From an uncultured Isosphaeraceae bacterium (GTDB lineage Bacteria; Planctomycetota; Phycisphaerae; Phycisphaerales; SM1A02), in NCBI GenBank assembly GCA_964412415.1, contig CAYPOZ010000007.1:5984-31774 (forward strand): DNA of 25,791 nucleotides, in the 5' to 3' direction. Each line of letters opens with the position of its first letter. The first letter of the stretch is position 1. Below, piece by piece: positions 17,440 to 25,790 of this stretch. A program made the translations under genes and the position numbers. The notes below the pieces were generated by a model. It worked only from the letters and a program-made list of their open reading frames with translations. It had not been told where the DNA came from and did not search any database.

Positions 17440-18685
17440 ATGGCGTGCGCAGAGTTCCGACATGCCGTTTCCCCACGCGGGCATGCCTCGCTGGCGCTGG
17501 CGATTGCTGCGCTGGCCCTCGGATGCGAGAGCGTGCCTCCCGGGCCAGTGCCTGCAGGTGGGCGGGCTCCGGCTTCCCCGGCGAGGGAGGGCATTGCGGC
17601 CAGTCCCGAGGCTGCGGAGGCGCCCATCCTGGGCGGTGCGGTGCAGCTCACGTTCCCCGGGCAGTTCCGCAAGGCGGGGGAGAGCTACTTCAGTCCCGAC
17701 GGCGCACGAGTCATCTTTCAGGCTGTGCCGGCCGGCGATGGTGCGTCCGGCGACGACGCCGGCTACTCGATGTTCATCGCAGATGTGGTCCGCAAGGGCG
17801 ATGCGCCGGTGCGCCTCGAGCGCGTGCGCCAGATCTCGCCGCCAATGGCCCACAACACGTGCGGATGGTTCCACCCGACGGATCCGAACGTCGTCATCTT
17901 CGGCACCACGGTCATCGCTCCCGCGGGAGATGACGTTCCCGGGTACCAGCGTGGCACGAGCCGCTACCGGTGGGCGTTCCCTCCCGAGATGCGCGTCGTG
18001 CAGGTGCGCATCGATCCGGCGACCGGCGAGCCCGGTCCGCCCGAGGTGATTGCAGGCGATGGCACTGCCTATGCGGCGGAGGGCAGCATCAGCCCCGACG
18101 GCCGTGCGCTGCTCTTCACGAAGGTCGATCGGGTGACGCAAGGCGACCTGTGGGTGAAGGACCTTGCCAGCGGCGAGGAGCTGGCGCTCGTGGTCGAGCC
18201 CGGATACGACGGCGGGCCCTTCTTCTCGCCGGATGGGCGGTCGATCATCTACCGCAGCGACCGCAGCAACGACAACCTGCTCCAGCTCTTCACCGCCGAT
18301 GTCGTGCGCGACAACGGCGGCCGCATCACGGGGGTCTCAGCGGAACGCGCGCTCACGTCGAACGGCCACGTCAACTGGTGCCCCTTCTACCAACTACGAG
18401 GTGTTCCTGGTCGATGTGCGAAACCCGTCGCGGCGAGTGCGTGTGACGCACGTGCCGGGAGCCGATGTGCTTCCGGCGTTCTCGCCGAGCGGACGCCACA
18501 TGATCTGGACAAGCAAGCGCGACGGGAGCGGCACATCGCAGCTCTGGAGCGCGGCATTTGACGCGGACGCCGCACGGGCTGCGCTCGACGCGTCCGCGGA
18601 CCGGGCCGCGCCGCCTGCCGCATCGACTTCGTCGTCAGCTGCCGCGGATCGGGCGGCATCCCCGGCCGGCAGTGCTGCGAGGTGA
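17440..18685 (+). pseudogene. TolB-like/PD40 beta-propeller lipoprotein with frameshift near 18391 (pseudogene or assembly error)
   Basis: Lipobox LALGC. PD40 repeats (ESYFSPDG, GSISPDG, GPFFSPDG) run in one frame up to NWCPFY (18390). The family-like sequence resumes in the +1 frame as NYEVFLV...VLPAFSPSGRHMIWTSKR (from 18392) and ends at TGA 18685. Confidence 0.8.
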
Positions 18686-18687
18686 GC

Positions 18688-20340
18688 ATGTGGCGTGAGC
18701 GGCGCTACCTGATCCCCTTCCGTGGCACGCTGCTTCCGCAGGTGTTCACGGACGTGCTGGTGATCGGGAGCGGAGTGGCCGGTCTTCGTGCGGCGATCGA
18801 GGCGTCGGCGCATGCGGACGTGATCGTCGTCGCGAAGGACAGCCTCGACCTCTCCAGCACGGGATGGGCCCAGGGCGGGATCGCGGCCGCGACGGACCAC
18901 GGGGATTCCGTGGAGTGCCACGCTGCGGACACTCGCGAGGCAGGCGCAGGGCTGTGCGATGCGGAGGCTGTCGATGCGCTCGTCATCGAGGGGCCTGCAG
19001 AGGTCGCGCGCGTGCTGTCGTGGGGCATGCGAGTGGACCGCACGGCTGACGGCTCGCCGAGCCTCGCGCTCGAGGGCGGGCACTCCGCGCCCCGGATCCT
19101 CCACAGCGATGGCGACGCGACGGGCCGCGAGCTGGTGCGCACGCTCATCGAGAGGGCTCGCTCGCTGCGCGGAATCCGGCTCTTTGACCGCTGCTTCGCG
19201 ATCGACGTGCTCACGACCGGGAGCGGCCCATCGTGCCGCGTGTGCGGAGCGCTCACGTGGCATCCGCGGTTCGGGCTGCAGATCATCTGGGCTCGCGCGA
19301 CGGTGCTTGCGGCAGGCGGCGCAGGACAGGCCTACCGAGAGACCACCAACCCTCGTGTGGCCACCGGTGATGCGATCGCGATGGCCTGGCGCGCGGGCGC
19401 CGAGGTGGCCGACCTCGAGTTCATGCAGTTCCACCCGACGACGCTGTATGTCGCGGGCGCGCCGCGGCACCTCATCAGCGAGGCGGTGCGCGGCGAGGGC
19501 GCAACAATCGTCGACCGCGATGACGCGCCCGTGATGGCCGGCGTGCATCCGCTGGGCGACCTCGCGCCGCGCGACATCGTCTCGCGCACCATCGTCGCGC
19601 ACCTTGCGCGCACCGGTGGCTCGCACGTCTTCCTGGATGCGCGTCCCGTCGGTGCCGCGTTCGGCACGCGGTTTCCGGGGCTCGATGCCATGCTGCGTGG
19701 CTTCGGCATCAATGCCTCGCGCGACCTGATCCCTGTGCATCCTGCCGCGCACTACACGATCGGTGGCGTGCGCGCCGACCTCCACGGCAGGTCCTCCATC
19801 GCCGGCCTCTACGCGTGCGGGGAGTGCGCGTCATGCGGCGTGCATGGCGCCAACCGGCTCGCGAGCAACAGCCTGCTCGAAGGCCTGGTGTTCGGCCGGC
19901 GGGTGGCTGTCGCCGCGCTTGGCGACGGGCTCGCCGATCCCGTGCCCGTGCATGTGCAGAGCGATACCCGGCCGACGGTTGCCGGCGAGCTCGACCTCGT
20001 GGACATCCGCAGCAGCCTCCGCAGCGCGATGTGGCGAAACGTGGGCGTCATCCGCGAGGGCGCAAAGCTCGACGATGCGATCCACATGATGTCGTTCTGG
20101 GGCCGCTATGCGCTTGGGCCTGTGTTCGAGTCGCCGGAGGGGTGGGAGATCCAGAACCTCCTGACGACGGCAACCCTCATGGCCCATGCGGCACGCGCAC
20201 GTACCGAGTCGCGAGGCACGCATTCGAGGCTCGACTACCCGGCACCGGATGCGGGGCAGGCGGCGAGGCTCGGATGGTCACGCGGGATCGACGGGCCCTG
20301 GTGCATTCCCGCGCACGCGGCGGAGCGCACTGGGGCATGA
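18688..20340 (+). CDS. nadB: L-aspartate oxidase
   Basis: IGSGVAG FAD-binding motif, STGWAQGGIAA, EGGHSAPRILH, EFMQFHPT, ISEAVRGEG, HYTIGG and GVHGANRLASNSLLEG. Alternative GTG start at 18682 overlaps the upstream TGA. Confidence 0.95.
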   Translation: MWRERRYLIPFRGTLLPQVFTDVLVIGSGVAGLRAAIEASAHADVIVVAKDSLDLSSTGWAQGGIAAATDHGDSVECHAADTREAGAGLCDAEAVDALVIEGPAEVARVLSWGMRVDRTADGSPSLALEGGHSAPRILHSDGDATGRELVRTLIERARSLRGIRLFDRCFAIDVLTTGSGPSCRVCGALTWHPRFGLQIIWARATVLAAGGAGQAYRETTNPRVATGDAIAMAWRAGAEVADLEFMQFHPTTLYVAGAPRHLISEAVRGEGATIVDRDDAPVMAGVHPLGDLAPRDIVSRTIVAHLARTGGSHVFLDARPVGAAFGTRFPGLDAMLRGFGINASRDLIPVHPAAHYTIGGVRADLHGRSSIAGLYACGECASCGVHGANRLASNSLLEGLVFGRRVAVAALGDGLADPVPVHVQSDTRPTVAGELDLVDIRSSLRSAMWRNVGVIREGAKLDDAIHMMSFWGRYALGPVFESPEGWEIQNLLTTATLMAHAARARTESRGTHSRLDYPAPDAGQAARLGWSRGIDGPWCIPAHAAERTGA

Positions 20341-21044
20341 CCGCGCTCGCAGCGAGGATGCTCGTGGCGGTCGTGGCCGCGCTGGCGTGCGTAGGCGGCG
20401 CGGGCTGCGGCCCAGAGCGCATCGAGTACCACAAGCGCCAGCCAGGGCAGGAGGCCGGCGCCGACAGCGCGCCGATCCGCACCGCCGACGGGCGCACCAT
20501 CGTCTTCGTGGACCGGCTGCCGTCCGAGGGGTCGGCCCCCGAGAAGGATGGTCTCCCCGTGGGCACCTACATGCTTGACGAGTACGGCAAGCCGATGAGC
20601 GTGGAGCAGATGCGCGAGATCGCGCGCAAGTCAGGGCAGGAGCTGCCGCCCCCATCCGGCGAGCTGATGATCCGCGAGCGCGACGACAGCGGCCGTGTCA
20701 CGCTGCGTGCCGCAATGCCGGAGCACGTGCTCGAGAACTTCAGCGAGTGCATCCGCGAGCGCGAGTACGAGGCGATCTGGGAGCAGCTCACCTCGCGGTC
20801 CTCGCGCAGCGCAATGGGCCGCCACGAGTTCGTCGCATGGTGCGAGGCCAACCGGACCGAGCTTCTCGCGTTCCTCAACCGCATGGCGGCGGGATGGAAC
20901 TCCACCGACGTGCTCGCCGACAACATCGGTGGACCGCAGCACCAGCGCTACCGGCTCCACCCGCGCCTGCGCAAGCAGTTCAGCTTCATGCGCATGGAGG
21001 TCGTCTACGAGGACGGCGGCTGCAAGCTCCACTCCGTGAAGTGA
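20337..21044 (+). CDS. Hypothetical lipoprotein (235 aa)
   Basis: ATGA overlap with the nadB stop, hydrophobic signal peptide with candidate lipobox Cys (ALAC or GAGC), hydrophilic mature region. Confidence 0.75.
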   Translation: MTALAARMLVAVVAALACVGGAGCGPERIEYHKRQPGQEAGADSAPIRTADGRTIVFVDRLPSEGSAPEKDGLPVGTYMLDEYGKPMSVEQMREIARKSGQELPPPSGELMIRERDDSGRVTLRAAMPEHVLENFSECIREREYEAIWEQLTSRSSRSAMGRHEFVAWCEANRTELLAFLNRMAAGWNSTDVLADNIGGPQHQRYRLHPRLRKQFSFMRMEVVYEDGGCKLHSVK

Positions 21045-21057
21045 GCGGCTCGGCAGA

Positions 21058-22605
21058 TCACTCGAAGCGGCCGCGATCCTCGATCCGGACGTCGAGCAGC
21101 TTGCGCAGGTCCTTGGGGCCTGCGTCGCCGATCGCCGCGAGACGGTCCACCAGCTTGGAGGGCTTGCGCACGGCGAGCCTGCCGAGAAGGCGGAACTTGG
21201 TGTCGAGGATCCCGCGCAGGTCGGCGGTCGTGTTGCGGGCGTGCCCGGACGGATACATCACCAGGCCGCTGTCGAGCGTGGTGCCGCCCTTGAGGCCCAT
21301 CACGAGAGAGGTCGGGATGCCGTCGGGGTAGCGCCGGTCGTACTCGGCGCCGCCGTGCTCGAAGGCGACCGTCGCCATGATCGCGCGCGTGCGCTCGTCG
21401 TGGATCGCCTCCTCGGAGTAGTCGTAGGGTCCGAGCATGAGCGCCTTCCACCACTCGTCGTTCGAGGTCGGCAGCCCGGCAGCGCCCACCGACTCGCGGA
21501 GCTCGTAGGCTTTCCGCAGCATCGTCGACACGATGTAGACCATAGAGTGATCCGCGCTCTGGCGCGTCTTCGGGTCCCGCTTGGCGGGATCCCCGATGAT
21601 GCCGAACGCAGGCTCGTACGCGAGGATTCGGATCGAGGCGAGGTCGCCGGGACGCTCGAGGATGCCGGGGTTCGAGCTGATGAGGTCGATCAGGCCCTGC
21701 AGCGCGCCCGCCGACTGGTGCTCGTAGAGGCCGAGCTTGAAGTGCATGCCCATCACGGCGAAGTCGTCGCCGGAGAAGCCCAGCACGAGATCGAATGGGC
21801 TGTCGCCCTGCGTGCGCTCGAACTGGCGGAACATGCTCTCGGGGTTGCGGAAGATGTCGCGCGGCCCCATGAACCCCGCCATTGAGCGGCGCATCGCGAC
21901 CACCGCGGCCTCCGCGCTGATCGCGGCGCTTGCGCCCTTGGAGTCGGAGAGCTGCTTGCCAGCGCGGATCGCCCGCCAGGGGATGTGATGCGCGACGACC
22001 ATGCCGATCGCGCTCTCGATCTGCTCCGCGCTCGCGCCAAGCATCGCGCCGTACACCGCAGCGCTCGCGATCGCGCCATGCACCACGTGGTCGATCTTGT
22101 AGGTCTTCAGGCTGAAGACCTCGGCGAGGCGGCCGCGGATCTCGTCGATGCAGGCCATGCCGCGCAGAGCCTCTGCGCCGCCAAGGCCGCCGACCTGCGC
22201 CGCCGCGATCGCGACGGGATAGAAGTCGTTGTGGCCGAACTCGCCGGCCGTGTGGCCAAGCGCGGGGTTGTAGCCGAAGTTCGTGCCGTTGGAGTCCCAC
22301 TCGCGGACCGCGGCGCTGTTGGCGACCACGGCCTTCTCCGGCGCGACGCGCCGTGAGCTTCCGAAGACGGTGGCTCCCTCGCGGTCGCGGTAGCCGAGCG
22401 CCTCCTCGCGCAGCAGCGTCGGCGCGTTCGTGCCGAGCGCGAGCGCCGAGAGGCCGCAGATCACCGCATCGGTGTGGAAGAGGGTGGTGCGGTCAAGCAC
22501 TGCGGCCGAGGGCTCGCCGCTGCGCATGAAGTCGATGGCGTACTGGCCGATGCCGAGCGCCTGGTTCGTGTGGCGTGGGAGGTTGACGTGGCTCATGGAG
22601 GTCAT
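21058..22605 (-). CDS. prpD: MmgE/PrpD family protein (2-methylcitrate dehydratase-like)
   Basis: VREWDSNGT, GHNDF, DEIRGRL, IDHVVHG, SDSKG, FKLGLYEHQSAG and PKTRQSADHS. Family assignment is good, exact substrate unproven. Alternative start at 22596. Confidence 0.85.
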   Translation of the reverse strand: MTSMSHVNLPRHTNQALGIGQYAIDFMRSGEPSAAVLDRTTLFHTDAVICGLSALALGTNAPTLLREEALGYRDREGATVFGSSRRVAPEKAVVANSAAVREWDSNGTNFGYNPALGHTAGEFGHNDFYPVAIAAAQVGGLGGAEALRGMACIDEIRGRLAEVFSLKTYKIDHVVHGAIASAAVYGAMLGASAEQIESAIGMVVAHHIPWRAIRAGKQLSDSKGASAAISAEAAVVAMRRSMAGFMGPRDIFRNPESMFRQFERTQGDSPFDLVLGFSGDDFAVMGMHFKLGLYEHQSAGALQGLIDLISSNPGILERPGDLASIRILAYEPAFGIIGDPAKRDPKTRQSADHSMVYIVSTMLRKAYELRESVGAAGLPTSNDEWWKALMLGPYDYSEEAIHDERTRAIMATVAFEHGGAEYDRRYPDGIPTSLVMGLKGGTTLDSGLVMYPSGHARNTTADLRGILDTKFRLLGRLAVRKPSKLVDRLAAIGDAGPKDLRKLLDVRIEDRGRFE

Positions 22606-22624
22606 GTGGTGCTGGTGGCGCAGG

Positions 22625-23743
22625 TCAGGACATCAGGGCCTCGTACAGCTCGACGATTCCCTTGCCCTCGGTGGCGACGGTCTCGAAGATCGGGCGCCCG
22701 CCGGCGATGTCAAGGAGCTCGCGCACGTGCTTGGACTCGCCGGCGTGGTCCGCCTTGTTGGCGACGAAGAGGTCGGCGATCTCGAGGATGCCTGCCTTGT
22801 CCATCTGGACGGCGTCACCCATGCCAGGCACGGTGACGACGGCCGTGCGGTCGACGTGGTGGCGGATCGCCACGTCGTTCTGGCCGGCGCCCACAGTCTC
22901 GATGATCAGCGTCTCGAATCCTGCGGCGCCCACAAGCTCCGCGATCGTGGGGAGCGCGACGTAGTCCTCGCCGACGATCGCGAGCGAACGGTAGAAGACC
23001 TTGTCGTCGACGGCGTTGAAGTCCACGCGCAGCCGGTCGCCAAGCAGCGCGCCGCCGGTGATCGGGCTCATCGGGTCGAATGCGATGACCGCGATGCGCG
23101 TGCCACGCCGGACAGCCTCGCCGCAGAGCGCGGCAACGAGCGTGCTCTTGCCGGCGCCCGGCGCACCGGTGAGGCCAATCACCCGTGCCGGCCGCTTTCG
23201 CGTTGCGCCGGCGGGTAGCGCGCCAGCCTGCGCGAGGGAGATCTGGCGCGCGAGGATCGCCTCTGCCGGCCCGGTGGTGCGCGGCATGTACGGCTTCACG
23301 GAGCTTCGCACGCTCTCGATGATGTCCTCCATCCCGGTGCCGGTGTGGTAGACGCGCGCGACACCCGCATCGAGCAGCGTCTTCACGTCCTCCTGCGGGA
23401 TGATGCCGCCCACGTTCACCGGCACGTCCGGCCTGCCCACCGACTTGCACTCGTCGAGCAGCTTCGGCACCAGCACAAGGTGCGAGTTGCTCATCATCGA
23501 GCACGCGATGCAGTCGACATCCTCGTCGCGTGCTCCGATCGCGAGGCTGCGGGGGGTCTGCCAGAGCCCGGAGTAGATGACGTGGACTCCGCTATCGCGC
23601 AGCACGCGGGCGATCAGCTTCACGCCACGGTCATGGCCATCGAGCCCGATCTTGCCGAGCAGTACGCGGGGCCGGTGAGGCAGGTCCGCGCAGCGGTCCC
23701 GCTTCTCGATCGACGTGGTGGGGTCGTTGAGGGTGCGAGTCAT
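22625..23743 (-). CDS. Fusion of a cobalamin-binding domain (mutase small-subunit type) and a MeaB/ArgK-type GTPase
   Basis: N-terminal RPRVLLGKIGLDGHDRG (DxHxxG) and VGGIIPQED. C-terminal GLTGAPGAGKST, FDPMSPITGGALLGDRLR, IETVGAGQ, GDAVQMDKAGILEIAD and NKAD. Confidence 0.92.
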   Translation of the reverse strand: MTRTLNDPTTSIEKRDRCADLPHRPRVLLGKIGLDGHDRGVKLIARVLRDSGVHVIYSGLWQTPRSLAIGARDEDVDCIACSMMSNSHLVLVPKLLDECKSVGRPDVPVNVGGIIPQEDVKTLLDAGVARVYHTGTGMEDIIESVRSSVKPYMPRTTGPAEAILARQISLAQAGALPAGATRKRPARVIGLTGAPGAGKSTLVAALCGEAVRRGTRIAVIAFDPMSPITGGALLGDRLRVDFNAVDDKVFYRSLAIVGEDYVALPTIAELVGAAGFETLIIETVGAGQNDVAIRHHVDRTAVVTVPGMGDAVQMDKAGILEIADLFVANKADHAGESKHVRELLDIAGGRPIFETVATEGKGIVELYEALMS

Positions 23744-23756
23744 CGGGCGGGAAAGA

Positions 23757-24425
23757 CTACTTCATCCCGCCCACAGCGTCCGCGGCCGGCTTGGCACCCT
23801 TCTTCGCCAGCGTCGCGTCGGCGTTCCAGACCTGCGGATCGAAGCGGTGGGCATACGTTCCGACGATGAGGTGCATGCCGCCGAACTTGTAGTCGTCGAG
23901 CACCAAGGGAGCGCCACCCCGTACCTCCAGCGTCGCGATCGACTTGGACATCCAGCGGCTCATGTCGATGCCGGTCACGTCGTCGTGGCCGATCCTGCGG
24001 GCGCCTGCGTGCAATGTGCCGTCATCGTCAAGCCTGAAGCTGCGCGAGGCGGTGCGTGCCAGGCTCACGACGCACCATCCCGTGCCAAGGATGCCGCACC
24101 CGATCATGTAGACCCAGAGCTGGAGAGGGCGGTCGTACGCAGCCACGGGGGTGGGCGCGCCCGCCGCATACTTGTCGATGACGTCGCGCGCGGCCTGGTA
24201 GTCCGCTTCCTGCTCTGCAGTGAGCCTCGGTGCACCTGGCACGCTCATGTCCGCGTACCGCTTCGTGCGTGCGGTCGCCGACTGGTACTCGGCGAACTCC
24301 GCCTCCTGGCGAGGGATCCGCTCCCAGTAGTCGTACGCGCCCCAGAGCCCCAGCAGGGCGCACATGATCGCATAGCCAGCGGTGAACCAGAAGTTCCTCG
24401 GTCGAATGCGGCTCTCGAGCGCCAT
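23757..24425 (-). CDS. Hypothetical membrane protein (two TM helices plus a beta-rich C-terminal domain)
   Basis: Hydrophobic segments FWFTAGYAIMCALLGLWGAY and LQLWVYMIGCGILGTGWCVVSL. TAACCT box 6 nt before the ATG. Confidence 0.75.
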   Translation of the reverse strand: MALESRIRPRNFWFTAGYAIMCALLGLWGAYDYWERIPRQEAEFAEYQSATARTKRYADMSVPGAPRLTAEQEADYQAARDVIDKYAAGAPTPVAAYDRPLQLWVYMIGCGILGTGWCVVSLARTASRSFRLDDDGTLHAGARRIGHDDVTGIDMSRWMSKSIATLEVRGGAPLVLDDYKFGGMHLIVGTYAHRFDPQVWNADATLAKKGAKPAADAVGGMK

Positions 24426-24434
24426 GGCGGGAGG

Positions 24435-25790
24435 TTACTCCGCCGCTGCACGGGCAGCGAGCCGGGACTCGGCGAACCGGATGTTGTTGCGCAAGAGTTC
24501 CGCATGCGGGCTGCCGTCTCCGTACTCGAGCACGGCCCATGGGAGGATCCGCTGCAGCACATCGATGGCCTCACGCTCGCGCCCGCTGGCTGCAAGCCCG
24601 AATCCCGCGTTGTTGTAGATGTCGAAGGTCGACCTGTGGGCCCATCCGAGGAGATCGACGAACTGGGTGCCAAATCGCTCGTAGATGTACACGCAGAACT
24701 GCTGGTCGTTCACCAGTCCTGCGGCATACCCGCCGGCGCTGAGAGCAACGAGAAGCCCTGGAGTCACTTCGCCGATCCTGCCGCTGTCGAAGTCGTCGAG
24801 GACCGCCGCTGCCTCCGATCGGCCGAGCTCCGGCAGGCCTGACCAGGCGCAACGGAGGATCAGCTCCGATGCGGCCATCAGTGCGGCGTCATCGGCAGGA
24901 CTCGACGCGCGAATGACGGCGAACCGTGCGCGTGCGCGGGCGATGGCCGCACTCCTCGCGGTAGGGTCGCTGGTGGTGGCGGGCTCGGCGAGCATCGCGT
25001 TCCACTCGAGCCGCGCCCGCTTGTCCGCGGCGACGCCTGTCCCGCGGGCAGCGGCAGCGAGGTGCCGGCGTGCGTGGCTGACCGTCTCGGCGTCGAAGGC
25101 GATGTTGCGCGGGTGCAGCAGGTCGGTCAGCACGTCGATGGTGCGCTCGCTGCCTGTGGGGAGCTCGGCATCGAAGATCGCGAATGCGGAGTCGAGGTGC
25201 GGCTCGGCGCTCCTCCACTCGCGCAGGACCGCGTAGCCGCGGCCGAGGAATGCCTGGCGGGTTGCCATCGCGAGCGGATCGCCCAGGTCGGTCTCGCCGG
25301 CCTCGGGCTCAAGCGACTGCAGCACGCGCATCAGCAGCGGAACGTCCCGGCGCGAGTTGTGGAGGCCTGCATTGCCCACCAGGAACTTGTTGGTGAACTC
25401 CTCGCTCAGCCGGGCGCGGACAAGGGCGTTCTCTGCCCGCACGGCCTGGCCTCGCGCCTCGTCGGCGGAGTGGAATGCGAAGAGCGCAAGGCCGCAGGTG
25501 ACCGCAAAGGCCGCCGCCACCGCAATGGCTGTTGGCCTGTTCCTGCGGAGGAACAGCCGGATCTCGTGAAAGGGCGCGTGGGTCCGCGCGGAGACCGGCT
25601 CGCGCCGCACCCATCGGGCGATGTCGTCGCGCATCTGCGAGACGCTCGCGTAGCGGGACTCCCTGTCTTCCTCGAGGCAGCGGCCCACGATCGCGTCGAG
25701 GTCGGGATCGATGTGGCGCCCGGGCGCGCATGTGCGGGCCACCTCAGAGGCAGGCCGGAAGCCGCGCCGTGGGGACGCATCTCCAGTCCA
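24435..25790 (-). CDS. C-terminal part of a membrane Ser/Thr protein kinase with TPR-like tail (5'-truncated by the window edge)
   Basis: The frame is open to the window edge. DLDAIVGRCLEEDRESRYASVSQMRDDIARWVRREPVSAR matches the end of a Hanks-type kinase C-lobe. It is followed by one TM helix and helical repeats (STFDIYNNAGFGLAASGREREA). The catalytic core lies outside the window. Confidence 0.75.
   Translation of the reverse strand, partial: WTGDASPRRGFRPASEVARTCAPGRHIDPDLDAIVGRCLEEDRESRYASVSQMRDDIARWVRREPVSARTHAPFHEIRLFLRRNRPTAIAVAAAFAVTCGLALFAFHSADEARGQAVRAENALVRARLSEEFTNKFLVGNAGLHNSRRDVPLLMRVLQSLEPEAGETDLGDPLAMATRQAFLGRGYAVLREWRSAEPHLDSAFAIFDAELPTGSERTIDVLTDLLHPRNIAFDAETVSHARRHLAAAARGTGVAADKRARLEWNAMLAEPATTSDPTARSAAIARARARFAVIRASSPADDAALMAASELILRCAWSGLPELGRSEAAAVLDDFDSGRIGEVTPGLLVALSAGGYAAGLVNDQQFCVYIYERFGTQFVDLLGWAHRSTFDIYNNAGFGLAASGREREAIDVLQRILPWAVLEYGDGSPHAELLRNNIRFAESRLAARAAAE

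Noticed and set aside
18381-18400. Programmed ribosomal frameshift in the PD40 gene
   Set aside because: There is no slippery heptamer, and rejoining the frames would still lack most of a propeller blade, so a deletion explains it better.
21005-22300. 431-aa same-strand alternative-frame ORF inside prpD
   Set aside because: Arg/Gly/Ala-rich off-frame translation with no motifs; the prpD frame explains the region.
23744-23759. TAGTCT box before the B12/MeaB gene as another leaderless promoter
   Set aside because: The spacing is 10 nt and the TAG is simply the upstream stop codon, so it was not counted among the six motif instances.
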